From Lingula anatina (taxonomy: Eukaryota; Animalia; Brachiopoda), in the NCBI GenBank assembly GCA_051362555.1, contig CM120643.1, positions 11,194,144-11,258,143 of the forward strand: a DNA stretch of 64,000 nucleotides. Direction: 5' to 3'. Position 1 is the first letter of the stretch, and each line of letters begins with the position of its first letter. The translations under genes were made by a program, and so were the position numbers. This document shows, piece by piece, positions 23,859-35,013 of the stretch. The notes beneath the pieces are model-generated. The model worked only from the letters and a program-made list of their open reading frames with translations. It was not told the DNA's origin and did not search any database.

Positions 23859-26800
23859 CTACTTTCTTCCTCCTCCATCTTTTCTTTCTGGTGCCCATTT
23901 TAGATACTTAACAATGCTGTCAGAGACTTCCTTCTCTGTAGATCTATATTTTGACATCATGACATCTGGAAAAAAAAGTGAAGTAAAAATGTAAGCATTT
24001 ATGTATCGAATGTATGCTGGCAGGTGTGCCTATCATAGCTCATTGAGGGATTCTAAGAATGAGGTTAAGATTGGGGTTAAATTCCAACTAGGGTGCAAAA
24101 TGTAAGAACTATTTTTTTAGGCTTAGGTGCCCAAATTGTAGCTGATAGATAGCTGATAAGTTTATTACAAAAATCAAATTGGGCACAAATTACAGCAGTA
24201 AATGTAAAACACAATGCAACATTAATTTAATTACCTTTGATCACCCTACAAAAGTTGGTGTGCCCAAAAGGAAATTTATTTTTCTTTCCTGAGAAATTCA
24301 TCGTAGACATGATTCTGTTTGTCATACACCTACAAATAATATTTATAAAACTAGAGGATCAGAGAGGCGATATCGCCTCTGGATATTGTACCACCAGCTG
24401 GAGTAAGCGCATTCATATGGAACCCCCCCCCCCACCAAAAATTTAAAAAATGGACGCCACCACCAGTCTATAAAATGCAATAAACAAGAGTTCTAAAAAT
24501 AAAAAAATAAAAAAAAAATCGAAAAACATAACTGTTAAAATGGTCCAATCAAGCAGATGTTCAAATTGACCTGTATTTTCCTAACACTGATCACTCCTGT
24601 GATTTTCTAGACAATAGGCCTACTGGTTTTCCTTGAAATGCGTTATCAGTATTGCATATATGCTGACAAAAGAGAAAACCTGGGGACAACAGTAAGCAGA
24701 TCTCTGCTAGTTTTGAAGATATGAAGGGCAAGAAAATATGCAGAGTTCAGTTTGTGGTGAAAAAGTAGGTCAAAGGTCAATTTCAAGGTCACAGTATATG
24801 ACTTCCTATATAAGTTCAATAGTAGCTATGGGCATTTCTTTGCGAATTATGGAGATATGAAGGCCAAGAAACATGCAAAGTGCAGTCCATTATAAATAGT
24901 AGGTCAAAGGTCAATTTCAAGGTCACAGTAAGATTGCCTGTGTATGACTTCCTATTCAAGTTCAATAGTAACTTTGGACGTATCTCTGCCAGTTTTCGAG
25001 ATATAAGGGATAGAAAATTTGCAAAGTTCAGTTCATGGTGAAAAGTAGGTCAAAGATCAATTTCAAGGTCACAATAAGATTGCCAGTATATGGCTTCCTA
25101 TTACAGTTCAACAGTAACTATGGGTGTATCTTTGCCAGTTTTGGAGATATAAGGGCTGGAAAATTTGCAAAGTTCAGTTCATGGTGAAAAGTAGGTCAAA
25201 GGTCAATTTCAGGGTCATATTTAGATTGCCAGTATATGACTTCCTATTCAAGTTCAATAGTAACTATGAGCGTATTTTTGCCAGTTTTGGAGATATAAAG
25301 ATCAGAAAACTTGCAAAGTGCAGTACTGAAAAGTAGGTCAAAGGTCAATTTCAAGGTCACAGTAAGATTACCTGTATATGACTTCCTATTCAAGTTCAAT
25401 AGTGACTATGGGCGTATCTTTGCCAATTTTGGAGATATAAAGATCAGAAAACTTGCAAAGTGCAGTTCATCATGAAAAGTAGGTCAAAGGTCAATTTCAA
25501 GGTCACAGTTAGATTACCAGTATATGACTTCCTATTCAAGTTCAATAGTAACTATGGGCGTATCTCTGTTAATTTTGGAGTATTTCACATTTTCCCCATT
25601 GAATATTGCGATGTTGTAATTTTTGATATAGCACAACGCCTAAACCATATCGAAAACAAAAAAATGGACGCCACCTCCAGTATTGCACTTGACAAGGTCT
25701 ACAAAATGCAATAAACAAGAGGTCTCTGGCATTTACCGTTCCAGAATTAGAGCGAGTTTTCAGTTTTATATCTAATGGCTACTTCTCCCGTGAAAATGCA
25801 CTGATTGACCCCAAACTCCCAAAGATGAAAGGAGTCCCCAATGGTAACCCCTCACTATAACAGGAGAGCTAAGGGCTGTGTAGTTTCCAAAAATTAGCAC
25901 AAACAATTATTTTTTTGCAGAAAATTCCCATTTTTAGAAAATTTTAGCTTGTTTGACCTTGAAAAAAAGGTCAAAAGTCAAATCCAAGGGCATATTTGGA
26001 ATCTCCACATATGACTTTCGGTCAGACTTCTATAGTAATTTTTCCCATAATTCCTTTGGTTTGGGAGATATTCAGCATTGAATTTTCAAAAATTTTGACA
26101 AGGGTGCGTTTCAACAAGTGTCACGCCCAGGCCAATGCACCAACTGAGACAAAAAAAAAACCAGGGTGTTCAAGTTGAGATTATATGTGACCTAAATCCA
26201 AGAGATGGGGACACAGGTCCTTGTGGTCTAGGAGGAGAAGCGGTAACGGTGACTTGTTTCCGGCGCCCGACTGCGGAGCCGGCGGAGCCGCAGGAGCCGG
26301 CAGAGCTGTACGAGACGGGTTGGGACTAAAACCATGAGTACCGCCAGCGTACACGCTGGTGGTACTAATAAAGGATATATTGAATAAAATCAGAAATGTC
26401 TTGGTTTGATCAAGAAAAGTCCAAAAAATTGGAATAATAACCTGCACTTATTTTTAAAATTCTGATAAAAAGGTTTTTACTGCCAAACAAACCAGTATAA
26501 CGTAGCTATACACATGTAGGTTCGACTTTTTAATGTAATTAATTTACTAACATAGACAGAAATGTGTCAAGTGTAAAAGTATTAGTTATCATTTCATAAA
26601 GGTTTGATCATTTCTTATACCCGAGTTCTAGGTTTCAGATAATGAAATGTATTTTACACATTAAACACAGGAAAAAATTAAGTAAATGCATATATATTAG
26701 TATTTGTCCTACCTTTGCATGGCCTTTTTAGTGTGATCACACATGTTAATCCCTCCTATTGCAGCAACTGTGGCTTTCTATCAAATGGAAAAAATAAATG

Positions 26801-29525
26801 TCATTATTATAAAAATAATAACTAGTTTTTGTAATTATATTATTGAAACTGTGTGACAAAACTTGCAAATATACAGGCATCAAACAGCAAAACATGCTTT
26901 CTTTTTGGTAATTTTAGGTACTGATGTTATATATGAAATGCCCACAGTCACAAGATGGACAGAGACATACATATGTAACATTGATCCATATTGCATGAAC
27001 TAATAAAAAAGGGAAAAAATCTTCATATTTGAGTTTTGAAAGAGTAAATCTTTTAAATTTTTAGCTACATGTACTTGTTTGAAATAATTGAATCAAATAA
27101 AAACCATAAGTACAAGCATGAAGTTGACTGATTATGTTGCCATTTTCTGCCTAAAATTAACTGAAATGTGATGAACTTTAACTGTTATAAGTATGTACAC
27201 AAATAAGCATTTGTGAGGCTAATTTTCAAAATAAAAAATGCATCTTCCTCTCACAGATTTGGCTTGTTGGATCAAATCAGTACAACACAAAGACGGTGGT
27301 GATTATTATTAGAGCAAGTGAAGAATGATTCAATTCAGTGAAAGATTTAAGTAGTTTTCAAGTTGTAGTTATACTGATCCTGATGTTACTCCATATCATT
27401 CTCATCATTTTTATCAAGTCCACCTGATCAATGATACATAGCATGGACATAATTTGAACAGAAAAGTAGTATACTTACACAAATATCATATTCTTCTTTG
27501 TCCTTCAATGCATTATCAAATTCACTGAAGGAATCCATGGTATCATGTTGTTGCATTTGCATTGTTCTCATCTCTGTGTTGTTATTAGATTGATTTTTCT
27601 TCATTAGATCTCTTATTTCTGCTAATATGTATAATACTCTTCTCTGAAAACCTGTGGAAAAAATTTACACTACATATACAAAAAAGACAATTGAGGAATT
27701 AGCAAATTTGTCCTCATCCTATGTTACAGGGTACAATTAGGCACTGAAACTTCATAAAATTTTTCCTTAGGTAAATTGCTATTTTTGCCCTTTCTAGTCA
27801 TTGCCTGTCTCAAATATTCATTCAAATTCACCCAATTGCAAAGTCTCCATAAGTAAGTGTTTAAATTTTGACTTAACAAAATGAAAATTAGTGTCAAAGA
27901 AAGAACCTGTGCATTATGTTAAGATTAGTTTCATATTCCCTAATTATTATATCATGTTCTATATATGGCATTAACCTAATTCTAAAATTTGAGAATAATA
28001 AATGACAACTTCACGTATGCCTTCTGCAAAAAAAAAAAAAAAAAAAAAAAAAAGGTTCACTCTTGGGGGTTGACATGTACAGATTTTGTCATGAAATTGA
28101 AAAAAAAAGTACATACGCTCTTCGGACATTGGAAATGTCGATCTCCTTGGTATTGGGCTACTTCTGCTATGATGACCCCCTCGACTCATACTCATGCTTC
28201 TCTGAGCCATGCGGTCACTGCTTCTGCTACATCTACCAACACGGTCCCTGCTTCTGCTACGTCTACCAACACGGTCCCTGCTTCTGCTACGTCTACCAAC
28301 ACGGTCCCTGCTTCTGCTACGTCTACCAACACGGTCACTGCTTCTGCTACGTCTACCAACACGGTCACTGCTTCTGCTACGTCTACCAACACGGTCCCTG
28401 CTTCTGCTACGTCTACCAACACGGTCACTGCTTCTGCTACGTCTACCAAACCGGTCCCTGCTTCTGCTACGTCTACCAACACTGTCACTGCTTCTGCTAC
28501 GTCTACCAACACGGTCACTGCTTCTGCTACGTCTACCAACAGGCACGCTCCTGTCAGGGGGCGTTGGGCTCCTTGGTGGTGGGCTTATTGTTCTAGGAGG
28601 AACCCTTCTGTCCATGTTAGCTGCCTCTAAAATGCCAATATACATTATGAGGCATCAGTTTTTCTGTCTTTTACCTTTGGCAAAAATGTTTAAAAGATGG
28701 TGCTTCTTAACATTGCATACTGAATTTCTTATTAAGCAATTTCTTAGTAGCACTCTTACCGCTACTACTGCCCCCCGTGGTGAATTCTGCTCCAAAGGTT
28801 TTTTTCTTGGGGATTCTCTTCCTAAAAACTCCTAAGTCTTCTTCATCAGTATCTTCTGTGCAGGTAATGTTAACTGTCTCGCAATCTTTCTTGTTGTCTG
28901 TATAATTAAAATATATTATTATCATATCTTTTGTTCCATCTTATGCATGTATCTAACGTAACTTTCTGCTTTGGTCAAGCAATCTTATTTATAAAAATGA
29001 AAAGTGCAGTATTATTTTACAGTATTGAAAATATTCTGAATTCATAGTCAATGTAGACTAACTATGGGCATAGGCAGGAGAGAGAAATCTGCTCATTAAC
29101 ATGTCCCTTTGCCAATGGATAATTCCAAAACCCTGCATACATGTAGTATACTACCTTTACTAATTAATATTGCCAGGTATGAAATGTAATAAATCTGCAA
29201 TTTTCTTAATATTAAAACGGAGAAAATTTTCAAATGGCACAAACTAGATCTTTTGCAAACATAAATGATATTGTTTATGAAGCTAAAGCATTAGTAGTGT
29301 GTGAAGATTAAACAGAATTCTGTACTGACCAGATGATTTCTTTACCCGCACAAGAGGGTACTTGATCCAAGTATTTTCAGGTACCCATCTTTCTCTAATT
29401 GCTCTCATGGCACCAAGGTTAGTAACATTAGGCGGCCACAGAACCTCATCGTCCACCACCCAGTGAGAAGGGATAACCTCCTCTACCTCCACATTGTTCT
29501 CCTCCCAAATAACTCTACTCCACAT
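23859..29525 (-). CDS. Intact 7-exon gene, 427 aa, DUF4806-like transposon accessory protein with a central RS-rich repeat
   Basis: Coding exons (minus): 29525-29330, 28897-28760, 28626-28117, 27651-27479, 26777-26713, 24329-24235, 23965-23859. All introns are GT-AG with matching phases (1,1,1,0,2,1). Total 1284 nt = 427 aa + TAG, no internal stop. N-term MWSRVIWEE..EEVIPSHWV..VLWPP..W..YPL; then FPMSEERFQRRVLYILAEIRDL; C-term AIGGINMCDHTKKAMQRCMTNRIMSTMNFSGKKNKFPF...IVKYLKWAPERKDGGGRK*. Family assignment is from recalled motifs, not a search. Confidence 0.88.
24348..26372 (-). mobile_element. ~2 kb Helentron/HINE-like element in coding intron 5 of the DUF4806-like gene
   Basis: One end is AAACTAGAG with hairpin AGAGGCGATATCGCCTCT (CTAGTTT on minus). 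The other end is hairpin GTACCGCCAGCGT-AC-ACGCTGGTGGTAC then TAATAA. It has an internal tandem array and GCGGAGCCG short repeats. Confidence 0.7.
24700..25582. repeat. ~146 bp tandem repeat, 6 copies, internal to the HINE-like element
   Basis: GTAGGTCAAAG(G/A)TCAATTTC at 24765, 24899, 25045, 25191, 25333, 25479. Confidence 0.95.
28212..28541 (-). repeat. Coding 30-bp minisatellite, about 11 copies, encoding (VGRRSRS[S/R]DR)n
   Basis: Unit CGGTC(A/C)CTGCTTCTGCTACGTCTACCAACA. Lies wholly within coding exon 3. Confidence 0.97.
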
Positions 29526-29574
29526 CTGTAATAAACAGAAAAAGTGTGATCTACTACATGCAGACCATTATTAT

Positions 29575-29980
29575 GATGTGTCTGTACATATATCCATCAT
29601 CTGCATCTGTCGTCGCCGTCGTTGCCGTCGCCGTGCACTTTTACCGATAACACGATAAGTGGAAAACCATTTTACCTTTTGACTTGAAACTTGCAGAACT
29701 GATGAATATTCATAATACACAGGTCAAGTTCGAAAATCAGCATGATCGTGTCACTTTTAGGGAATTTATGCTGTTTTTTCACTTTTTTCAGCATATATGC
29801 AGCACCGATAACACGATAAGTGGAAAACCATTTTACCTTTTGACTTGAAACTTACAGAACTGATGAATATTCATAATACGCCAGTCAAGTTCGAAAATCA
29901 GCATGATTGGGCCATTTTTAGGGAATTTATGCTGTTTTTTCACTTTTTTCAATATAAATGCAACACTGATAACACAATAT
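29575..29980 (+). mobile_element. HINE-like element, same family as 12264-12800, in the intron just upstream of the start-codon exon
   Basis: (CGT/CGC)n stretch, then two near-identical ~161 bp cores beginning ACCGATAACACGATAAGTGGAAAACC at ~29643 and ~29804. Confidence 0.7.
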
Positions 29981-30165
29981 AAGAACAAGGCAGCAAAGCT
30001 GTCAAATGTACAGACAAAAACCAGAAAATAAAAACGCAGGAAATAGGATACTGTCAATTCTGATGAACTAATGTATTATGCTTACTGTAACTGCATAGCC
30101 AACATCAAATTCTTATTTTGCATAACATTGGATTAGGATGAAAGTAAAATGTGTATCAAGCGTAA

Positions 30166-30382
30166 GACTAAGTTCCAATACCTAGATCAATCTAACAGGA
30201 TCAATGCAACTCCAAGGGGTTTCTCACTAAATTGCTTTCAGTTTGAGAGTCTTAGGATTCTGGCATGCCAGTTTCAGTAGGCGTGACAGACAACTAAGCC
30301 ACTTACATTGATTGCAATTTAGCGAGAATTCCCATGGAGATAGATCGATCCACAGTTAGCGTGATAGGGTCTGGAAATAGTC
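30166..30382. mobile_element. Fold-back MITE-like element (~105 bp imperfect inverted arms)
   Basis: CTCCAAGGGGTTTCTCACTAAATTGC pairs with GCAATTTAGCGAGAATTCCCATGGAG. Complementarity runs from GACTA/TAGTC at the ends to a short central loop near 30273. Confidence 0.65.
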
Positions 30383-30475
30383 CCTAAGGTGTCAGGCTGA
30401 TAAGAGTTAAACTTTGGAAATGCCAGAATGAGGTACAGTGAAAATTACACACAAAAAAAAATTGCTTAACTCATT

Positions 30476-30479
<4 letters not shown>

Positions 30480-30544
<65 letters not shown>
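30480..30544. repeat. (TA)n microsatellite
   Basis: Direct reading; a second (TA)n lies at ~33073-33112. Confidence 0.97.
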
Positions 30545-30548
<4 letters not shown>

Positions 30549-31929
30549 AATTTTTTTTTTTGGGCTGTATGTCAATCCTAAGAATCATTCTTGTAACTTA
30601 ACAAAATACAGAAAATGTTACAAAGTAAGAGTACAGGGCTCCTGGCAGATGGGAGTGATAAGTCACAACTTGAAAATGCCAGTATAGCACTCTATAAACC
30701 TGCATTGCCTCCAAAACAGAAAACAATCACACTGGTTTTCAAACACAAGCTGCGCACTTCTGTCTTATGAAACTTTTCACTAAGTTTCAGTATCGTAAGT
30801 AACATGGTTTTCCCTTTATCGCTATCCTGGCAGCAGTGTCCAAAATAGGGTTTTCTTCAACTTTCATGCAATAAAACATAATACTTAACAGCATAATGAC
30901 CATCAAATTTTTTATAAAAAAATAAAAGTATCATGAATATTCAGAAAATGTGATTTGGGAAGGTCTTCAAGGCCATGGAAGTTCAGAGTCACACTTTCAA
31001 AATGCCAAAATGTAAACAAGAGATAACTGTACTGAAATGATTTTCTTTCCATTTTCAACACCTTTTTTAAAACAAAATGATCAATAAACTGTCATTTTTA
31101 AATGTTCAACTAGGAAAATTGTTGACATAGGAAAAATAGCAATAGAACAATTTTCAATGTCCAATTTGCTCCATTTGCAGATGCTGAACATAGTGAATGA
31201 TTAAATCTGACAAACTGCAATGATGAGTTCCTTTCCATTTATGATACTTTATTACACAATGCACAATATTATAACAGGTTTACCGTCATTTTTATATAAT
31301 CAACAAACAATATTGTTAAGAAGCAGAAAATGTCAAAACAACACTTTTACATATCTTATTAGTTCCATAATGAGACTGTTAACATGCCTAAGAATTAAAT
31401 CTGAAGAAATAACAATTATATAAATATACAAAAATACAGAAAATGCACAGCACTTCTGGTGGATGGGAGCATAAAATCACATCTTGAAGATGCTTGTGTT
31501 TGAAAAATAATTAAAAAAAATTTTTTAATAAAACGTAAAAAATTCCAATAAAGCTGCTATTCAAACTTTTAATCTAGCTGTATTAACTTGATATTAATAA
31601 CCCCACCAAGTTTGAGAAAAATAAAGCACTGTTATTCATCTATAGCATGTTGGCATAACACAATCTTTTTGTTGTAAATTTATTTGCAATGTTAAACACC
31701 ATTTATCTGCACAATTATCACCAAATCCTAATTTTGTGACACAGTTAAGAGAGCTAAACCTATGGGACTTTACAGGGAAATCTCAAGGAGTGTTTTATGT
31801 AATCTCATTTAATGGCCAATTGAAAATTAATGAGTAGGCAAGTGACTTTATAGACCTTAATTTAATTAGTGATCACCCAAGGGACAATTTTATAGACTGT
31901 CATCCATACAGTACCATCATATAGCACAA

Positions 31930-32221
31930 AGGTGTTGCATACATGCTGAAAAAAGTGAAAAAACAGCATTACTTCCCTAAAAATGACCCGATGATGCTGA
32001 TTTTCAAACTTGACCTGCATATTATGAATATTCATTAGTTCTGCAAGTTTCAAACCAAAAGGTAAAATGGTTTTCCACTTATCGTGTTATCGGTGCTGCA
32101 TATATGTTGAAAAAAGTGAAAAAACAGCATATCTACCCTAATAATGACCCGATCATGCTGATTTTCGAACTTGACCTGAATATTCATTAGTTCTGCAAGT
32201 TTCTGTGTCTGTACATAAAAA
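31930..32221 (-). mobile_element. Inverted, internally deleted copy of the 12264/29575 HINE-like family
   Basis: Reverse-complement cores, ending in TCTGTGTCTGTACATAAAA (reverse complement of the 12264 start). Confidence 0.7.
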
Positions 32222-33068
32222 CGGATTGGCCAATTGTCATTATCCTCACAGGAGTGGTCAATCTTACTAAAATGCAGGTTGAGTTCGAAAATCAGCATCA
32301 ATTATTAGGCACGTTATCAGTCTCATTATTGAACTAATAAGATGCGTAAAAGTGTTTGTTTGATATTTCCTGCATCTTTACAACTGTAAATTCTGTAGTG
32401 TACGTAGCTGTACGAAGACATTTTCATGACTTGACAATGATTAATCAACATAGACATTTTTTGACATGTAATTTATTTTTTAAAAATTATATGATATCTT
32501 GTTGGCGTAAATTTTTCAAAATATACATTTGAATTGCAGACTATTAACTACATGTAATATTTAAATGTTAAAATTGCAATATTTCCTGAGCATTTTTTTT
32601 TTTTTGCTGATATATAAAAAGGTGCTAAAGGGAAATTGTACTAGTGTCTACAAGTCTTTCAAAAGTTAAATACCATATAAAAAATACTTCGCTATTAAAA
32701 AATGAAAAGAATGTACATTCAATGGAAATGTCTGCTTTTATTTCACAATAAAATATTGTATGATGTACAGTTACATAAAGAAAAGATAAAGTAAAAAACA
32801 AGATCACAGTATTGTAGGCAGGATTAATGGGAAAAAATCCAAGGAAACAGAAGTAAACTTCTATTATTTCTGAGAAGAATCTTTTTGCAAATAAAATATA
32901 TTATTCAAAAAGAAAACTGGTCATTTAGTAAAGGGGCGCTGGATAAAAATTAAATTTCAATCTGCTTTAGAAATTTGTAAAAAAAAATTCATTAATCTAA
33001 ATAGTGAAGTAATCATGCATGTAGCTGTTGTAAATTAACTTGAATGATGGATTCCTTCATGTATCCTC

Positions 33069-33114
<46 letters not shown>

Positions 33115-33464
33115 TGAGGTGCCTTCAATTTAACTTGCATGTTGGCTTTTCTGGAAAGAAAAAAAAAGATTTAGATGTATTTAAAAAAGAGAATTCTAGA
33201 TATGCAAAAATATTTGTGCACAATATCTTACTTACATTATGTAAATAGACTTGCAGTAACTGTTGTAAACTTATATGTTGGCTTCTCTGAAGAAAATACA
33301 TATAAATGTATTTAAAAAAGAGAATTCTGGGTATACAAAAATATATCAGTGGATATAAGAATATGAAGAACACATGCACACACACACACACATACATTTT
33401 TTAGATAGAGAGAGGGACAACTCTTCCATTATAACTGACTAATTTAAATGTCAGTTCAATATGA

Positions 33465-33885
33465 TTGAATCAATGTTGAATCAAGGTGAAAAACTTACTC
33501 AAACATCAACATTCAAAAATGCAAGTTGAATTAAAGTTGAAATATTGTTGGTTTATCAACTCAATCTTACTTCAAACTTGAATCAATGTTGATATGCCAA
33601 CTTTGAATTTGTTGTCGTTGAATCAAAGTTGAATCAATGTTGAAATGTCAACGTTGAATTTGTTGTCGTTGAATCAACGTTGAATCAACGTTGAAATGCC
33701 AATGTTGAATTTGTTGTCGTTGAATCAATGTTGAATCAATGTTGAAATGCCAACGTTGAATTTGTTGTCGTTGAATCAACGTTGAAATGTCAACGTTGAA
33801 TTATGGTCGTTGAATCAACATTGATTCAACGTTTATCAACGTCTCAACATAAATTCAACATTGATTCAACGTTGAATCAACGTTG
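33465..33885. repeat. Right subterminal repeat array (CAACGTTGAAT 11-mers arranged in ~54 bp higher-order units)
   Basis: TTGAATTTGTTGTCGTTGAATCAA recurs at ~33603, 33654, 33705, 33756, interleaved with palindromic TCAACGTTGA. Confidence 0.92.
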
Positions 33886-35013
33886 TGTGCCTGCTGGGAT
33901 GCTTTTATATTTTCAAGAAAGTTGGGAACATCTAATTTAAAACATTTTATTATGTACCAGTTGACAGTATTTCATAAAAAAGTGTGAATAAATTGTGAGT
34001 CACAAAGCTGCTTTTCAGTTACAGTATCCAACAAACATTAAATATTTCAGTAGGTGAGAAAGCGCGTAACCATATGCTAAAGCTGCCGGTAGTAGCAATA
34101 CCCAGTGCGAGTGTCTTGGGGACTGCGAATGTGTAACACGAGGAAACGTTAGCACTTACGTACGCTACTTACCTTTCACTACCAGGCATTTTGGATTCCC
34201 GGCCACCTTCCTACATGTATTTGAAAACTGCCCATAGTGAATATAACTCGCTTACCTGTTAAGGTTCTCTAAACATGGTCTATCTTCACCCATGATTTGT
34301 GTTTGTTTACATCTCGAATCTGACCAGAGACACCGCGTTATTTCAAACTGGGCCAATTAAGATGGCTTACAGACGGGGCGTGGCAGCTGCAGACGGTGAT
34401 TATTATTATTATTATTATTTGCGATATTAAGGCACAATATTAGCACTTTCACATAAATGTGATTTATTCTGAAATGAGAGGCCTATATATAAGTACCGGT
34501 AGCTATGGGCAAATGGCTTGGATAATATCAGTTTATTTTGTAATACGTTTATATGCACACATCATGAAAACAATTGACAAATAATTTCCCATTGAAATGC
34601 CTGCAAAACTGTATGAATAAATAATTTGGTGAAATATTTCATAACCCTATGGACAGCAGACTCACTGACATAACTGCCAATGACACAAAAATATACTGTC
34701 AAAATGTTACCGGTACTTTTCATAACGTCATGCAGTACTTGAACACGTGCACACCCCTTGTGTGTAAACAAACCACTGCACTGCTCAAAGTCGGAAGCTC
34801 CCTCCGCCAGCGGTCTCACACGGCACAGTACCTGTGCCTGGTCCTGCAAAAAAATTGATGCCTCAATTGACGCCCCAGCCTGCTCCTTGATATCAAAATT
34901 AAACCTAACAACACTAAAAAATACCAGAAAAAAAAAAAAAAAAAAAAAAAAAAACGGGAAAAATCACTAATTTTTTTCACAGCACTTCATTCGTTTATAA
35001 CAATACGTGATTA

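Larger units (their letters stand above)
22817..33898. mobile_element. 11,082 bp TIR DNA transposon, EnSpm/CACTA(CMC)-like, apparently non-autonomous
   Basis: TIRs CCCAGCAGGCACACAACGTTGA(A/T)TCAACGTTG: 22 bp perfect, 32 bp with one mismatch. Flanked by AT on both sides (22815-22816, 33899-33900; 2-bp TSD). Subterminal repeat arrays at both ends. No transposase ORF seen. Confidence 0.9.

Noticed and set aside
27989-28835. Alternative ORFs over the 30-bp repeat (Thr/Ala mucin-like, Cys/Tyr-rich, Leu-rich, Val/Ala-rich)
   Set aside because: Open only because the unit lacks stops. Only the minus-strand RS frame has phase-compatible splice sites joining the other exons.
10625-35013. Whole island as one giant transposon
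   Set aside because: No terminal inverted or direct repeats and no TSD at the two satellite junctions.
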